Origin: Monocercomonoides exilis PA203
Taxonomy: Eukaryota > Protista > Preaxostyla
Direction: 5' to 3'
Assembly (NCBI GenBank): GCA_001643675.2
Contig: LSRY02000061.1
Coordinates: 310,001-374,000, forward strand
Length of the DNA: 64,000 bases
Position 1 is the stretch's first letter; each line of letters opens with the position of its first letter. The notes beneath the pieces are model-generated. The model saw nothing but the letters and a program-made list of their open reading frames with translations. It was not told the origin of the DNA and did not search any database. A program made the position numbers and the translations under genes. This document shows, piece by piece, positions 25,618 to 37,115 of this stretch.

Positions 25618-25903
25618 AAGAGAAAGGGTTGAAAGAGAAGCAAAAGGAATGGAGCAGTCCTTGCACAGACCTTCACTGGTTCTCAACGGAGCTGATGTTG
25701 ACAATCATTTCCATATGAATATTCCTGAGAATTTGCACAATTCACCTTCGTCGCTGTCTTCTTCAACATCATCATCATCATCATCATCATCTTCTTCTTC
25801 TTCTTCTTCTTCTTCTTCTTCTGCATCACAAAGAAAAAGAAGCTATGAAAGAAAAGATAAGTCAGAAGAGGACACACAATACTTGCTTGACGAGCACGAT
25901 TAA
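22036..25903 (+). CDS. Type I membrane protein with FG-GAP-like (integrin-alpha-type) beta-propeller repeats and poly-Ser/poly-Glu inserts; exons 22036-22180, 22236-22541, 22592-22750, 22950-25903
   Basis: Signal-like MFLFIILCF and three phase-1 GT..AG introns that keep the frame. Repeats: FGENV..WIAVSD..GCVHFF, FGFSIS..FVVSAP..YVFVY, FGYSISI..LAIGIPG..GSVAV, YGSSVY..VFVGG, FCSSLAAS..MFCGSP..GGVFVL, FGEHIS..LAVSA..GLVFQY. TM helix followed by RRRRRR. Confidence 0.75.
24262..24425 (+). repeat. (TCA/TCT)n trinucleotide tract encoding poly-Ser
   Basis: Direct observation inside the CDS. Confidence 0.95.
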
Positions 25904-27269
25904 AGACAATCTTTTGTGAGTGACTGAATGAAACATATATTCAAGCACTGATTGTGTGTGAGTGTGCTTCAAATTAATTAGAATGTTATTTTGACTGAAG
26001 GTTTATTGAAGATGCATCGAAGTTATTCTCAACAACGAGAAGTTACATTCACACGGTCCTTTCTATCCTTTGAAGAGAAAGAGAGAAATTAACACTACAG
26101 TTCCTTGCTTAGAATATTATTCACCATCATTAAGCAGGAAAAATACAAAGATTCATGTTTGGTTTTGCTTCATTTTTTTGTTTTACGATTCGTTTTCTGT
26201 TATAAACAAAAAAATAAACTAATTTTCAATAAGCAAAATAGGATGCACGTTTTTCAATTAAAAAAATGGAGAAGATATTTTAAATCCAAATGAATTATAA
26301 CTGCAGAACTTTAAAAATGAAAATTGATTTCAATTTTGATTCAAAGCTGTTTAGCATAAAGCCATAAGCATATTCATTATTTTTACCAGACATTTCAGAA
26401 TATGAAGACAAAAATTTTGTTCTTAATGAGTTGAAATAATGTTGATTAACGAAAAATATTCCAAATAGAAAAAATTCAATTTTATGGGCATTGATCAATA
26501 TAGACAATGGTTTGCTTTGTTGGGAATAATTCATTTTTATTGATAACTTAATATCTTGTATATTTGTTTATACTGTTTAAATATGAAATCTCTGCCTTTG
26601 CTAAATAACTTCATTTTTTAGCCATACAGATTTACTGATCTTGCAGAATTCGCTCGTATTGTGTCAATTTCACGTAACAAAGGTAAAAATGATGTTTTTT
26701 TCGTTGCACATTAATTTATCAATTTTGCTTCGAAATAATTGTAAATGTTATTTGAAAGTTTGCTACATAAAAAGAGACGGAGCTGTTTTCAAGTTCAAGC
26801 TCAGAGGACCAACTCAAAAGACAACTCTCATTGTGCATGACGCTTCAAAAGCAAGAAGCGTTAGAAGGTCCATTCCAAGAGGTGTGCAATGAGAATTATT
26901 TTGATGTTAGTGAATATGTTTTGTTATTTGTTTTAAAAACTTTTCAGAGTGGAAAATTGTTGATGTTGCTCTTCACAAAAAGAAGGGGAAAAAATAAGAA
27001 AAATCGTAGCGATAAGACAATGATTAATTTTTGAAATTCGCTTTTTGCCTTCAATTCGAAGTGAATTCAAAGATCTTAAAGATAAATAAAGTATATCTGC
27101 TTCATTCTTTAAAAAAAAATAATAATTAATATGTTGCAAAAATTAGTTCTTTATTGTTATTAACCTTTTTGTTAAAAGTGTGAAAAATGAGTTTTTGAAA
27201 ACTGGATGGATTTTTTCAATTAAAAATTTGCTTGAAAATTACTTCAATAACAATTTAATATCGAATATG

Positions 27270-27854
27270 TTAAACACACAAAAAGTATCTTGGAGTGGTA
27301 CTTTTGTACTTCAAGTATTCCTTTCCAAATTGCGTAATTAAAAATTGCTCTTCCTCAATTACTTGCCTGTGTATTCCAATTATTGCAACAATGCACGAAA
27401 AGATCATTAAAATATTTGGATAAGCAATTGCCATTCCTGTGTGTAAAAGAATAAATCCAAGAAATGCTGGATTTCTACTGAATTTGTAAACTCCTTCTGT
27501 AATTAATGTTGTTTTTTGTTGCTTTTGAAAGCCAACGCGCCACGAATCTCCAAGAGACCACATCCCCATGTTAAAAACAAATGATGCAACTACGCAAACA
27601 AAAAGTCCCGAAATGCGCAAGAAACGTGAAGCAAATACAATTTTGAAAGAATTCTCGAAAAGACAAGATGTAATTTCAACACCAGCAACAAGATATGACC
27701 AAGCGACAAGGAATATTGTGTTAACACTTTTTTCGTTTTTCATATGCAACTGATATCCTTTCATTTTGATAATCAATCCTTTCACAAAATATGAAATGTA
27801 GACCGTTGAAAGGACAAATAGAATAACGTAGTTATATACAAATTGTAATTTCAT
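27270..27854 (-). CDS. Isoprenylcysteine carboxyl methyltransferase (ICMT/PEMT) family membrane methyltransferase, bacterial type
   Basis: ATG at 27854, several TM segments, and motifs LGDSWRVG, LITEGVYKFSRNPAFLG and EEQFLITQFGKEYLKYKSTTPRY. No introns. Confidence 0.85.
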   Translation of the reverse strand: MKLQFVYNYVILFVLSTVYISYFVKGLIIKMKGYQLHMKNEKSVNTIFLVAWSYLVAGVEITSCLFENSFKIVFASRFLRISGLFVCVVASFVFNMGMWSLGDSWRVGFQKQQKTTLITEGVYKFSRNPAFLGFILLHTGMAIAYPNILMIFSCIVAIIGIHRQVIEEEQFLITQFGKEYLKYKSTTPRYFLCV

Positions 27855-28185
27855 ATGAATTGTTCTCGAAATAACTCTATCCCTTAACTGAGCTTCAAAA
27901 AACCCAAAGGAAAGATCAACCAATCGGAAAAACGGTGTATCTCATCTTTGGTGTTATGCGAATCAACATATAACCATATCTTTTTCTTATTTTATTTGCT
28001 TAAATGTTAAGCAATTGTAGAAATCGATCATAGTCTCAAACTTTCGAAAACTTAAGAATATTACATGAAAAATTTCTTCGAATATTTTTAATAAGGGCTG
28101 AAAAAAAAATCTTAGAGATTAAATAAAAAAATTTTATTCTGTTAAAAAAAAAAAACCTTTTTTTAATAGATTAAAATATGACTTT

Positions 28186-30289
28186 ATGACTCAAAACGAA
28201 AAAAAAGAGACAAAAAAATATATTATGAACAGAGATCACAAGAAACAAAAGATGGAAAAGATTGAAGATTCTACCATCAACCCCGAAGATGTACTTGGAT
28301 TGCTTGATGTCAATTCCAAAAGTCTGAGCTTAGAACAAAAAAAATCTGTTGGAAAATTTTTATTTGGAACAATAAATACAATTCAGCAATTGAGCCTAAC
28401 CCCGGAAAAAGAGGAAGTTACAAATGCTTCAGACTTAAATACTTTACCGAAAAATTGTGCTGAAAATGTACTTCGAGAGCTGGATGAAATTATACGTATT
28501 TAATCAATTTTTCTACAAAATAATTTTTTTTATTGATTGTATGTTTTGAAAATGCGATGTAGCTCCTCCCCCAAAATTTCATAGCATACTACCAAAAGAC
28601 GTTGATCCAAAAGCTTCTGTAACATATGGTGACTTGCTAATTTTCGAAAAGGGTATTCTTTCAATGATGAAAAGAATGTCACAGGATTTTGAAAAAGATT
28701 TTGAAGAAAAGAAAGAAAAAGAAAGCAATCAGCAAAATGCTCCTCGAACGGAAGTTGATTCATCTGAAGTTGAAGAAAAGGAAGATAAGCAAATGAAAAT
28801 TAAGAAGCAACATTCAAAAAGAAAAAGTCACGACAGAAAAGAAAGAAGGGACCGCCACCACCATCATAAATCTTCAACAGATTTTGAAGCAATTGATTTG
28901 ACTCCTGAACTGTTTGAGTTTTCGGATTCCAACAAGTTCAACGTGGATGGTTCAACTTTCACATTTTCAACTTCAGAAACGGGATATGAAGCTGTCATAT
29001 TGAAAAATGTTATTTCGTCCGTATGGCTTTTTTTTATTATTTTCTCTATAATATGTGCTTATTCTGGAAATGTCTTTCAAATGATTCATTGACGAAGGGG
29101 ATTTGGAGATTGTATGTTCTGAAAATATGTCAAGTCATAATGATTTTTTGAAAATCAAATGCGTATATTGTATTTCTTTTCTTCTTTATTTTTATTTTTA
29201 TGTTTATTTTTTTTATAATTTTTTTGATATATTTTTAAATTCTCATTGTTTTCTTTTTTTTTAATTCTTTGGAAATAATATCTTTTTTAGAACATTTGAA
29301 ATTGTAAATAATGCAGGAGATTTTTGTATGTGTTACAGTTGTTTCTTTTCTTTTCTTTTCTTTTTTTCTTATTTGCAATAATTGTTTATTTTTTGCGTTA
29401 AATGCTAGGATTTTTTATTTTTTATTTTTTTATTTATTTTTTTTTTTTTTGGCATTTGTTATTATTGTTTTATTTTTTGCTCATTGCGAATTGATTTTAT
29501 TTCATTTTCATTCACTTTTGTATCTTTCGTATAAATAATGTTTCAAAGGCGTTGGGATTGTTCCAGAATATGATGAGTTTCCACGTAGTTCACGCTTTGT
29601 AGGAGCAACTGACTGTTTGAATTTTTAATTTTGTATTGTCTTCTTTTTTCGTGCTTCATTTGTTCGCATTATCTCTTTGTTCACTCATTTAATTCCTGAT
29701 TCACTGGCATGCTGCAAATTGTGTGTTTGAAGTTGGAGTATCTGCAGATTTCCATTGGTTTGCTTTTGTCAAAATTACAGTCTTTTTATTTCAACTCAAT
29801 TTTTTGTGCATTTTTGGTTCATTCAGGAATGCCCTTGTTGCAAAAGGGACGAATCAGACTGATTTTCCAATAAGATCATCGAATTCAGGGGATGTTATTG
29901 TGTGCGAAGTTGATATGACAACCAGAGATAGTTCGATGTGGTTTTTTAAAGACGGAGTGGCAGAGGATTCGGTTGTGACTGATTTGCCGGATTCGTTGCG
30001 TTTTGCAGTGTGCAATGAAGATATTACTTGGATGAAGTGAATGCATGAATGAATGAATGAGCAAATATTCGAAAAGAAAATTTGAATTTTAAAATCATTG
30101 TTTAATATATATATATATAATATATAATATTCACATTTTCGTTTCTCACGAATAATGCAAATATTCATATGTATTAAATAGTTTTCTTTAAGAAACAACG
30201 GAGATTCTATTCGAATAATCGAACTTCGGCAATACAGCACACCTCTTCATGGAGATATTCCAGAAAGAACTTATCATTATCAAAGTTAA
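28186..30289 (+). CDS. Multi-exon protein with C-terminal SPRY/B30.2-like domain; exons approx. 28186-28495, 28563-29020, 29098-29111, 29291-29325, 29549-29614, 29733-29757, 29827-30007, 30182-30289
   Basis: All junctions are GT..AG and phase-compatible. The spliced product reads ISSGIWRLTFEI...FCVGIVP...GDVIVCEVDM...MWFFKDG...LPDSLRFAFSL, a SPRY-like pattern. Confidence 0.7.
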
Positions 30290-31235
30290 TAAAATAAAGA
30301 AAGTGAAGTCAAAAGGTAAAGGTTGTGTGTATTTTTTTCGCTAATGTCGTGGATTTGAGTTGATGCGTTTGAGTTGATATTTTTTATGAGGAATTTCCTT
30401 CAATTTTGAGCAATTGGGACGAAATATTTTGCTTTATGAATTTTGTTCAAAACTATATTTTCTAAATTTTTTCTCAGTTTTAAATTTTTTTTTTTTTTTC
30501 TGTTATTTTTTGCATTGTTACGGTTGATTTATAATGATATGATTGCAGAAAAATGTGGAACAAATCTCAATTTTTTTCATAATTGTAAAATTTTGCACTA
30601 GTTCTTTATCTTTGCAAAGATGAAGCTTTTTTTATTTAACAAAAATAATAAAATGAAATTTTTTAGTTTTATCAATACAGAAATTGAAGTTGCATATTAT
30701 TATTTTAACTTCAAAAATTCTCTTTTGAATAAGTTGTTTGCAGTTAAATATTAGAAATCCTTGTTTGTGGCACTTTAAAGAATAATGTGGGCATGCATTA
30801 ATAATTTGCTATTTTTGAAATTCAATGAAGTTGACATCAAAAGAATATTCCTAATAATAATTTATTCGCTCTTTCCTTTATATTTTCATTTGAATAATTG
30901 CAATTATCTGTCAAATTCAGGAAAATTTGAGAGCATATGAACTTTGTCCAATATATTTGATTTAATCCATTAAATTATTTGCTTGCGAAACATTAAAGAA
31001 ATAAGAAAATCTCAGCTAATACTATTTATACAAAATAAATTGAAAAGCAATCTCAGCTTGTAAACAAGCGAGAACATAGAAATGAAAAATTATTTTGTGA
31101 TCAAAAAATTAAGAAAAATAAATTTTTGTGGTTACGGATTAGAAAATTTCAAGAAATAAAAAAAGATTCAGCAAATCTTCGATTACAAATAAAAAGGATT
31201 CAAATGAAATTGCTTTTCGTATGAAACAGAGCAAA

Positions 31236-32357
31236 TTAATGCTTGAATGGATGCCATCTCCTGAAGGGTTGCTGTTCAACGAATTTTTTAACAACAACAG
31301 TATCCGTCTGTGGTTCTTCTTTTGGTGGCTCGTCTTTCGGTTCTTCTCGATATTCCAGTGGCTGAAACACGCTTTCTTTTATTTCTTCTTCAACAGCATA
31401 TTCTTGCTCTGGTTCCTGTTTCTGCTCCTGCTCCTGTTCTGGCTCTTGATCTGGTTGGTATTCTTCTTCCATAACTAACTCCAACTCTGGTTCTGACACT
31501 TGATCCATTTCTGGTTCTGGTGTTGGCTCTGGTGTTGGCTCTGGCTCTGGTTCTGGAACAGGTTTTGGGTGCGGACGAGGATGTGGGCGCGGGTGAGGGT
31601 GAGGATGAGGATGAGGATGAGGGCGAGGATGAGGGCGAGGGGGATGATGACGACGGGTATGTGGTGATTGATCAAAATCATCATGATACATCTCAGGATG
31701 CGACTGTTTTTGAGAATCTTGAGCTGAGAAATCTTCCTCGGTATATTCTTCAAATTCTGTTTGATATGCATGTTCTGGTTCGTCAAACATGGAATCATAC
31801 TCGTGTTCCTCACGAACTGTTGGTGAGCGTCTATGTCTACGACTCTTTCCCATTGTGCTGAAATTAACGCACATTAGTTCCTCTCCTTCTGTCCCAAAGC
31901 ATTGAATTTTCACGTTGCGCTTTCCATGAATTTTTCTTGGAAAACGCACGATTTTATGTATTTCGATCTCCGATGGTTCAATTGGGCAAGATCTTACTTT
32001 ACATAAATCAATCCGATGCTTGTTTGATCGAATTTTTTCATGAGGTCGATGCAAATCATCAAAGCTTTCTTCATTTGTGAAAGGATCATTCATAAATGTT
32101 TTTGTTTGATTCCGTTTGTTATGTGACACTGTCATTATGCAAAATCCTTTGCTTATTTCTTCAATAACGTTCATGCTGACATTCACTTCATACTGCTTAC
32201 CTTTCGTTCCACGATGTCCAAAAGCGTGCGTTGACTCACTTTTATAATAAGGCTTTACAGAAATTTTTTCAATTTGGATAACACCTCTTCCTTCAAGGCA
32301 ATTATCAACTCTATAACTCTCAATTAATAAAAAAATACAAAATGCAACAAAGAACAT
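31236..32357 (-). CDS. Secreted ML-domain (MD-2/NPC2-like lipid recognition) protein with acidic and Pro-His/Pro-Glu repeat tail
   Basis: Signal peptide MFFVAFCIFLLI and the ML pattern C...IEKISVKP...DLC...CPIEP...P...G...VKI......ELMCVNF. The tail contains (PH/PR)n and (PE/PT)n. Confidence 0.75.
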   Translation of the reverse strand: MFFVAFCIFLLIESYRVDNCLEGRGVIQIEKISVKPYYKSESTHAFGHRGTKGKQYEVNVSMNVIEEISKGFCIMTVSHNKRNQTKTFMNDPFTNEESFDDLHRPHEKIRSNKHRIDLCKVRSCPIEPSEIEIHKIVRFPRKIHGKRNVKIQCFGTEGEELMCVNFSTMGKSRRHRRSPTVREEHEYDSMFDEPEHAYQTEFEEYTEEDFSAQDSQKQSHPEMYHDDFDQSPHTRRHHPPRPHPRPHPHPHPHPHPRPHPRPHPKPVPEPEPEPTPEPTPEPEMDQVSEPELELVMEEEYQPDQEPEQEQEQKQEPEQEYAVEEEIKESVFQPLEYREEPKDEPPKEEPQTDTVVVKKFVEQQPFRRWHPFKH

Positions 32358-32538
32358 TTTATTTATTTATTACATAATTTCTGATCTAAATCAAAATCTT
32401 TTTCATGTTTTTTTAATGATTAATTCATTAAAAAAGGGAAGGTGAACGTGTTATTGCGAATTTATATAAAATTCATATTTATACCTACTCTTCAATAAAA
32501 TTTTAACTATTTTGGAACAATCACAGATGCAGTCTATC

Positions 32539-32666
32539 CAAAAAAAAAGAAAGAAAAAAGAAAAAAAAGAAAGAAAGAAAGAAAGAAAAAAGAAAAGAAA
32601 GAAAGAAAGAAAAAAAGAAAAAGAAAAGAAAAGAAAAGTTAAGAAAAGAAAAGAAAAAAGAAAAAA
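32539..32666. repeat. (AAAG)n-type purine tract upstream of the transposase
   Basis: Direct observation. Confidence 0.9.
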
Positions 32667-32704
32667 TTCCCACAATCTCTTGTTGAAATTACGATAAAAA
32701 TTCA

Positions 32705-33967
32705 ATGCAAACAATTTCCTTTCTGGATGCGAGAACACCAAACAAAAGGACATTATTGAGCAGCCAAGTTCCAGATATATCAGAATACAGAGTTGAATAT
32801 ATGGCAACACATTTTTCACATCCTTTGGAAGATATGATGCATGAAAATATTAGAATGAGAGCAGCTTTGAAAGAAAAGGAAGACAGAGAAAAAAAAATTG
32901 AACAATTCAGGCAGAAGGATACGGAGGTTGAAGGAAAATGCAAAAGGCCATACACTCCAGCAACTGTCGAAAAAAGAAAAAAACTTACAGATTTATTCAG
33001 AATTTATGGAAGAAGCAAATCCGAAAGCTGGTATGCGAATGAATGCACACTTACAAACATCACCACCAGCAGATATTTACAAAAACTGCAGATTGGAATA
33101 GATATTATTCACAATGAAAAACAAAAAGGAAGGAAAAAAATAGTGAACAATGATCGTTACAAGAATCTCATTAGACAGAAAATGAAACAGAATCCATTAA
33201 CCACCCTTCGAACGATATCACACGAGCTTTCTTCAACTGGTTTGCATATTTCAAAATCTGCTGTACACAATATGCTTCATGAAAAAAACAATGATTTAGA
33301 TTTATTCCCGATATTTTCTTTCAAGAGAATTACTATCAGGCCTGCACACGCAATCACAGACGAAAATAAGAAACAAAAAATTCATTTCATTGAAAAATTA
33401 TTTCAATACGATAAAGATGGAGCATTAATTTTCTTCATCGATGAGACGTCATGGAACGTTAGTTGCATCAGGAAATACGGTTGGGCAGAAAAAGGAGAAA
33501 AAGTATTTGTTCCTCCACCTCCACTTTTTCAATCTATTACAGCTATCACATCTATATCCATGTTAGGAATGGGCTACACAGAAGTTATTAGAGGAACTGT
33601 CGACCATGAAGTGTTTGAAGCCTATATAAAGCGTTTTCTATTATCCATCAAAAATTACAAATCGTCTGTGATCGTTATGGACAATGCAACAATCCATCAT
33701 ATTAACATGGACAGTCTTATAAAAGAAGTTGGACATGTCATGCTATTTAAAGATGTATATTCTCCAATTTTGAACCCAATCGAGAATATATTTGGCATTT
33801 GGAAGGCAAGAGTTGAATCAAATACGTCAAAGAAGGAAGAAGAGTCGAACCTTTTCTCTGAAATGGCAAAAACCTTTGTCAAAATTTCTGCCAGAGAAGT
33901 CAGAAAAACCATCATGGATATCGAAACAAATATATGGCCACAGGTCATATCCTTGAAGGATCTGTGA
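32705..33967 (+). mobile_element. Intact IS630/Tc1-mariner superfamily transposase ORF (DDE_3-type, DD33E)
   Basis: HTH-like NPLTTLRTIS..L...GLHISKSAVHNML; catalytic motifs FFIDETSW, VIVMDNATIH and YSPILNPIENIFG. There are 33 residues between the second D and the E. Confidence 0.9.
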
Positions 33968-34186
33968 AGCAAGTTTTTTATTTTAATTTTTTCACCATTT
34001 CATAAGTTTATTTTTGTTTCAAATGTAACATTCGCTTTCTTATTACAATGATTTTTTTTGTTACAAAAACAAAGTTGGAAAAACACTTGTGTTTCTTATT
34101 ACTTCATTTGTTCGTTCATTATATTTTTGACATTTCTTTTTACAAAACAAATACAAATTTAAACAGAATATCTTTTTGTTTATTAT

Positions 34187-36600
34187 GAGATGAATTGTGA
34201 AATAAAAAAAAAATTTCAAAATTATTGAGTTATTTTGAAATTACCCAATAATTTTGAAATTGTCTATGGAAATTTTGAAATTTTTGGGGAATTTTGCAAT
34301 TACTCAGGAAGACAAAAATTTTTTTCTAAAAAAAATATTACACATGAATATTAAGTTCTAAATTCGAATATTAAACTTTTTCTCTTGCACAGTAATTGCA
34401 ATTGTTTATTTCAAGATGTTACAAACAGTCATTTTTGGAATTTGTCAGAATTATCGGGTCTGTTTATGTGATAGTGTAATTATCTTCACAATCAATTGAA
34501 CATAAAAAAAGCGCACAATTGAAATTCAACATATTCATAGAAATATTATTGATTCGCAGCTATCCAGAAATCAAAATAAACAATCCTCACTTCCACCAAT
34601 AAAAAAAGAAGTGTTGTTATTGCTTTTTCATCACTAGAAATATTTCACTTAGTCCAGCTGTTTTTTTGAAAACTTCTGAGTATCATTCTGTTGATATTTC
34701 TTGAGCATTTGGCATTGTTTGATCATTTTCCATAACGAATAAGAGCCACAAAAGAAAATGGGCACAACTCGATGTGTCGTTGCTGAATGGGCACATAAAG
34801 ACAATGTGATAACAAAAGGATGGATTTATGGTGTGGAGTGAAGGAGTTGAGCTTTTGGAGGAAACAGGGTTTTGAGAGGGGGAAAGGAGCGATAAAATGT
34901 TATTTTTTGTGGAAAAGAGGTGTTTTAGGAAGGTCTAAGATGCAAAATGGATGTGTCGGAAATGGATTTGGATGGACTTTTGCGAGGTTGTTTTTGAGAT
35001 TTTTGTGAGTTGGAAGGAGTTGGAGTTGTGTTAATTATTGGAGAAAAGGAATTTGCTGTTGAGGAGGTGGGATAAGAGGGGAAAACAAGAAGGACAGAAG
35101 ATGGGTGGAGTGAATGGAATATATTTATTGGAGGGGAAGATGAGAGATGGAAAGGAAATGGAGAAGAAATGGAAAAGGAATATTTTTTTTTTTAAATGCA
35201 GAGAGAAGGAGGAGGCATATGAGGCGGAACAAAGAGAAGAGATTTTGTGGACGTATGTTTGATGAGAAAGAGAAGCGTGGTTGAAGAAAAAATGTGAGGA
35301 AGATTTTTGTGTATTTTATATTTTTTATTGAAAGGACAGTTTGGTCGCGCCTCTCATTTGCGGGACAAGGGATGGAAGCTGAGGTGGAGGAAGACAGGAA
35401 GAAGGAACGTCAGGCGCAGCACTTTGCATTGTGGGTGTGGGGAAGGATTCGCGACAGTGATGGAGCGAGGTGAGGGGCTGACCATGAGGGGGTGTTTTGC
35501 GCCAGAGACATTCAAAGAAATGGAGGTATTTATTATTTTTGATTGGGAAAAGGCGTTCCATGGAGTGAAAAAGATAGGAATTATGCAATTGTTTGTGGAA
35601 GAGATGGAGGATGTGTGGCGGAGGGGAGTTAACATTTTGGAGGAAATGGAGAGAAAAAGAAGATTTGGGCAAGGGATGGGAAGGGATTCTTGAGATGGAA
35701 TCTTCTTCTTTACCAGTTTTTCATAGAATGAAGTTTGTGAAGTAATTCGAGTGGAAGGAGAATAGAGGATATGGCTTTGACGAATTTTTTTGGAAGCCAG
35801 AAAGGAGTCGATGAAATTTACATTGAAATAAACAAGAGAGATGGATCAAAATAGTTTTGAAGATTAAAAGAAATGATATATTGAGAAGAAGAATAAGAGG
35901 AAAACGAAGAAATAATAAGATTTACAAAAAGCTTTGAATAATGTTTATATTGTTTATAGAGTTGTATAATGAGCATGCATTATTAAAATCTAACTTGATT
36001 TTCTTTTTCGGTTTTTTTGCCTTTTTTTACAAGCAATATCATTTTTTTTTCTCCAGGAAATATTCATCATTGTGCAAAACATCAATATTTGAAATGTTTT
36101 TGAGTTTTAATTTGTTCTCTTCTTTCATTTTTGATGTTTTCTGTCAATTTTTGCAACTCAGTAATTTTAAACCATTTATAATCGAAATTTTTAAATGTTT
36201 TGACTATTAGAAAACACTTATTGTTCATGGAAACATTTCAATAATCGAATTAAACGTAAAATAATATATTTTTTTCTTAACGTTCTTCACATAAATACGT
36301 AAAATTATATATTTCGCATTATTTGTTGTTAAATGTTCTGAAAATTGTACAAAACATACTTAATAATATTTATGATAAATAAACTGCAATTTGTGAATAC
36401 AACAATTTTTTAGAGAAAACCGAAGATCTTCCCACAATTTTTATTTAACTTGAAATTTGTTGGTGAAACTAAAAATAACTGCCTTATTTTCAATTTATCT
36501 GAAAAATTTCAAAATTACTTGATAATTTCAAAATATCATATATGAATTTCAAAATTTTCCAAAAATTTCACAATTACACAAAAATTGTGCAATTCATCAA
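34187..36600 (-). mobile_element. Decayed Mutator (MULE) element with long terminal inverted repeats
   Basis: Left end GAGATGAATTGTGAAAT and right end ATTGTGCAATTCATC, each with ~19-bp-period AATTTTGAAATT / AATTTCAAAATT arrays. Internal minus-strand traces FP..AQI...LHFLQNV, LHFFECLW..SW..THNA and SWIM-like CPFSNDTSSCAHFL. Confidence 0.65.
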
Positions 36601-37115
36601 TTACAAAAAAAGAAAATCACATTATCCAATAGTTTAACAAATTCTATTGAATGAGATGATCATTGAAATGAATACAATAGCTTTATGAAAAACAATTACA
36701 AACAATTCATCAACAACTTTTCTTCAAACATGCTAGATTGATGAGAAATATGTCATTGCATCGATAATCAAAAAAATGATGATGACATAATTTTCAAACA
36801 AACAAAAACTTATCAGCGAGTGAAGCAAAATAAAAGCACTTTGCCAAATTTTTCCACTTGTTTGTTTTACAAAGAAATATATGCATAAAATACTTGGCTA
36901 TAGACCAAAGAACTATTTGCCAAACAATTCCGTATTAAAATGAAAACAAATAAAAAAACAATGTTTAAATTGTAAAATAACACACCCTTGTGCTATTTTT
37001 ACTTCAGAGTTCATTTATTCATTGAAAATTCACAAATTAATGAAAATAAAAAGTTTCCACAAGCGATGTGGTGAATATCTCTTTTTTTAATATTGAGGGA
37101 TGATCTACATTTTTT

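Noticed and set aside
34210-34310. Regularly spaced short palindromic repeats resembling a CRISPR array (also 36500-36600 and 43200-43310)
   Set aside because: The period is only ~19 bp, the repeats are degenerate, the context is eukaryotic with no cas genes, and they are better explained as transposon TIR substructure.
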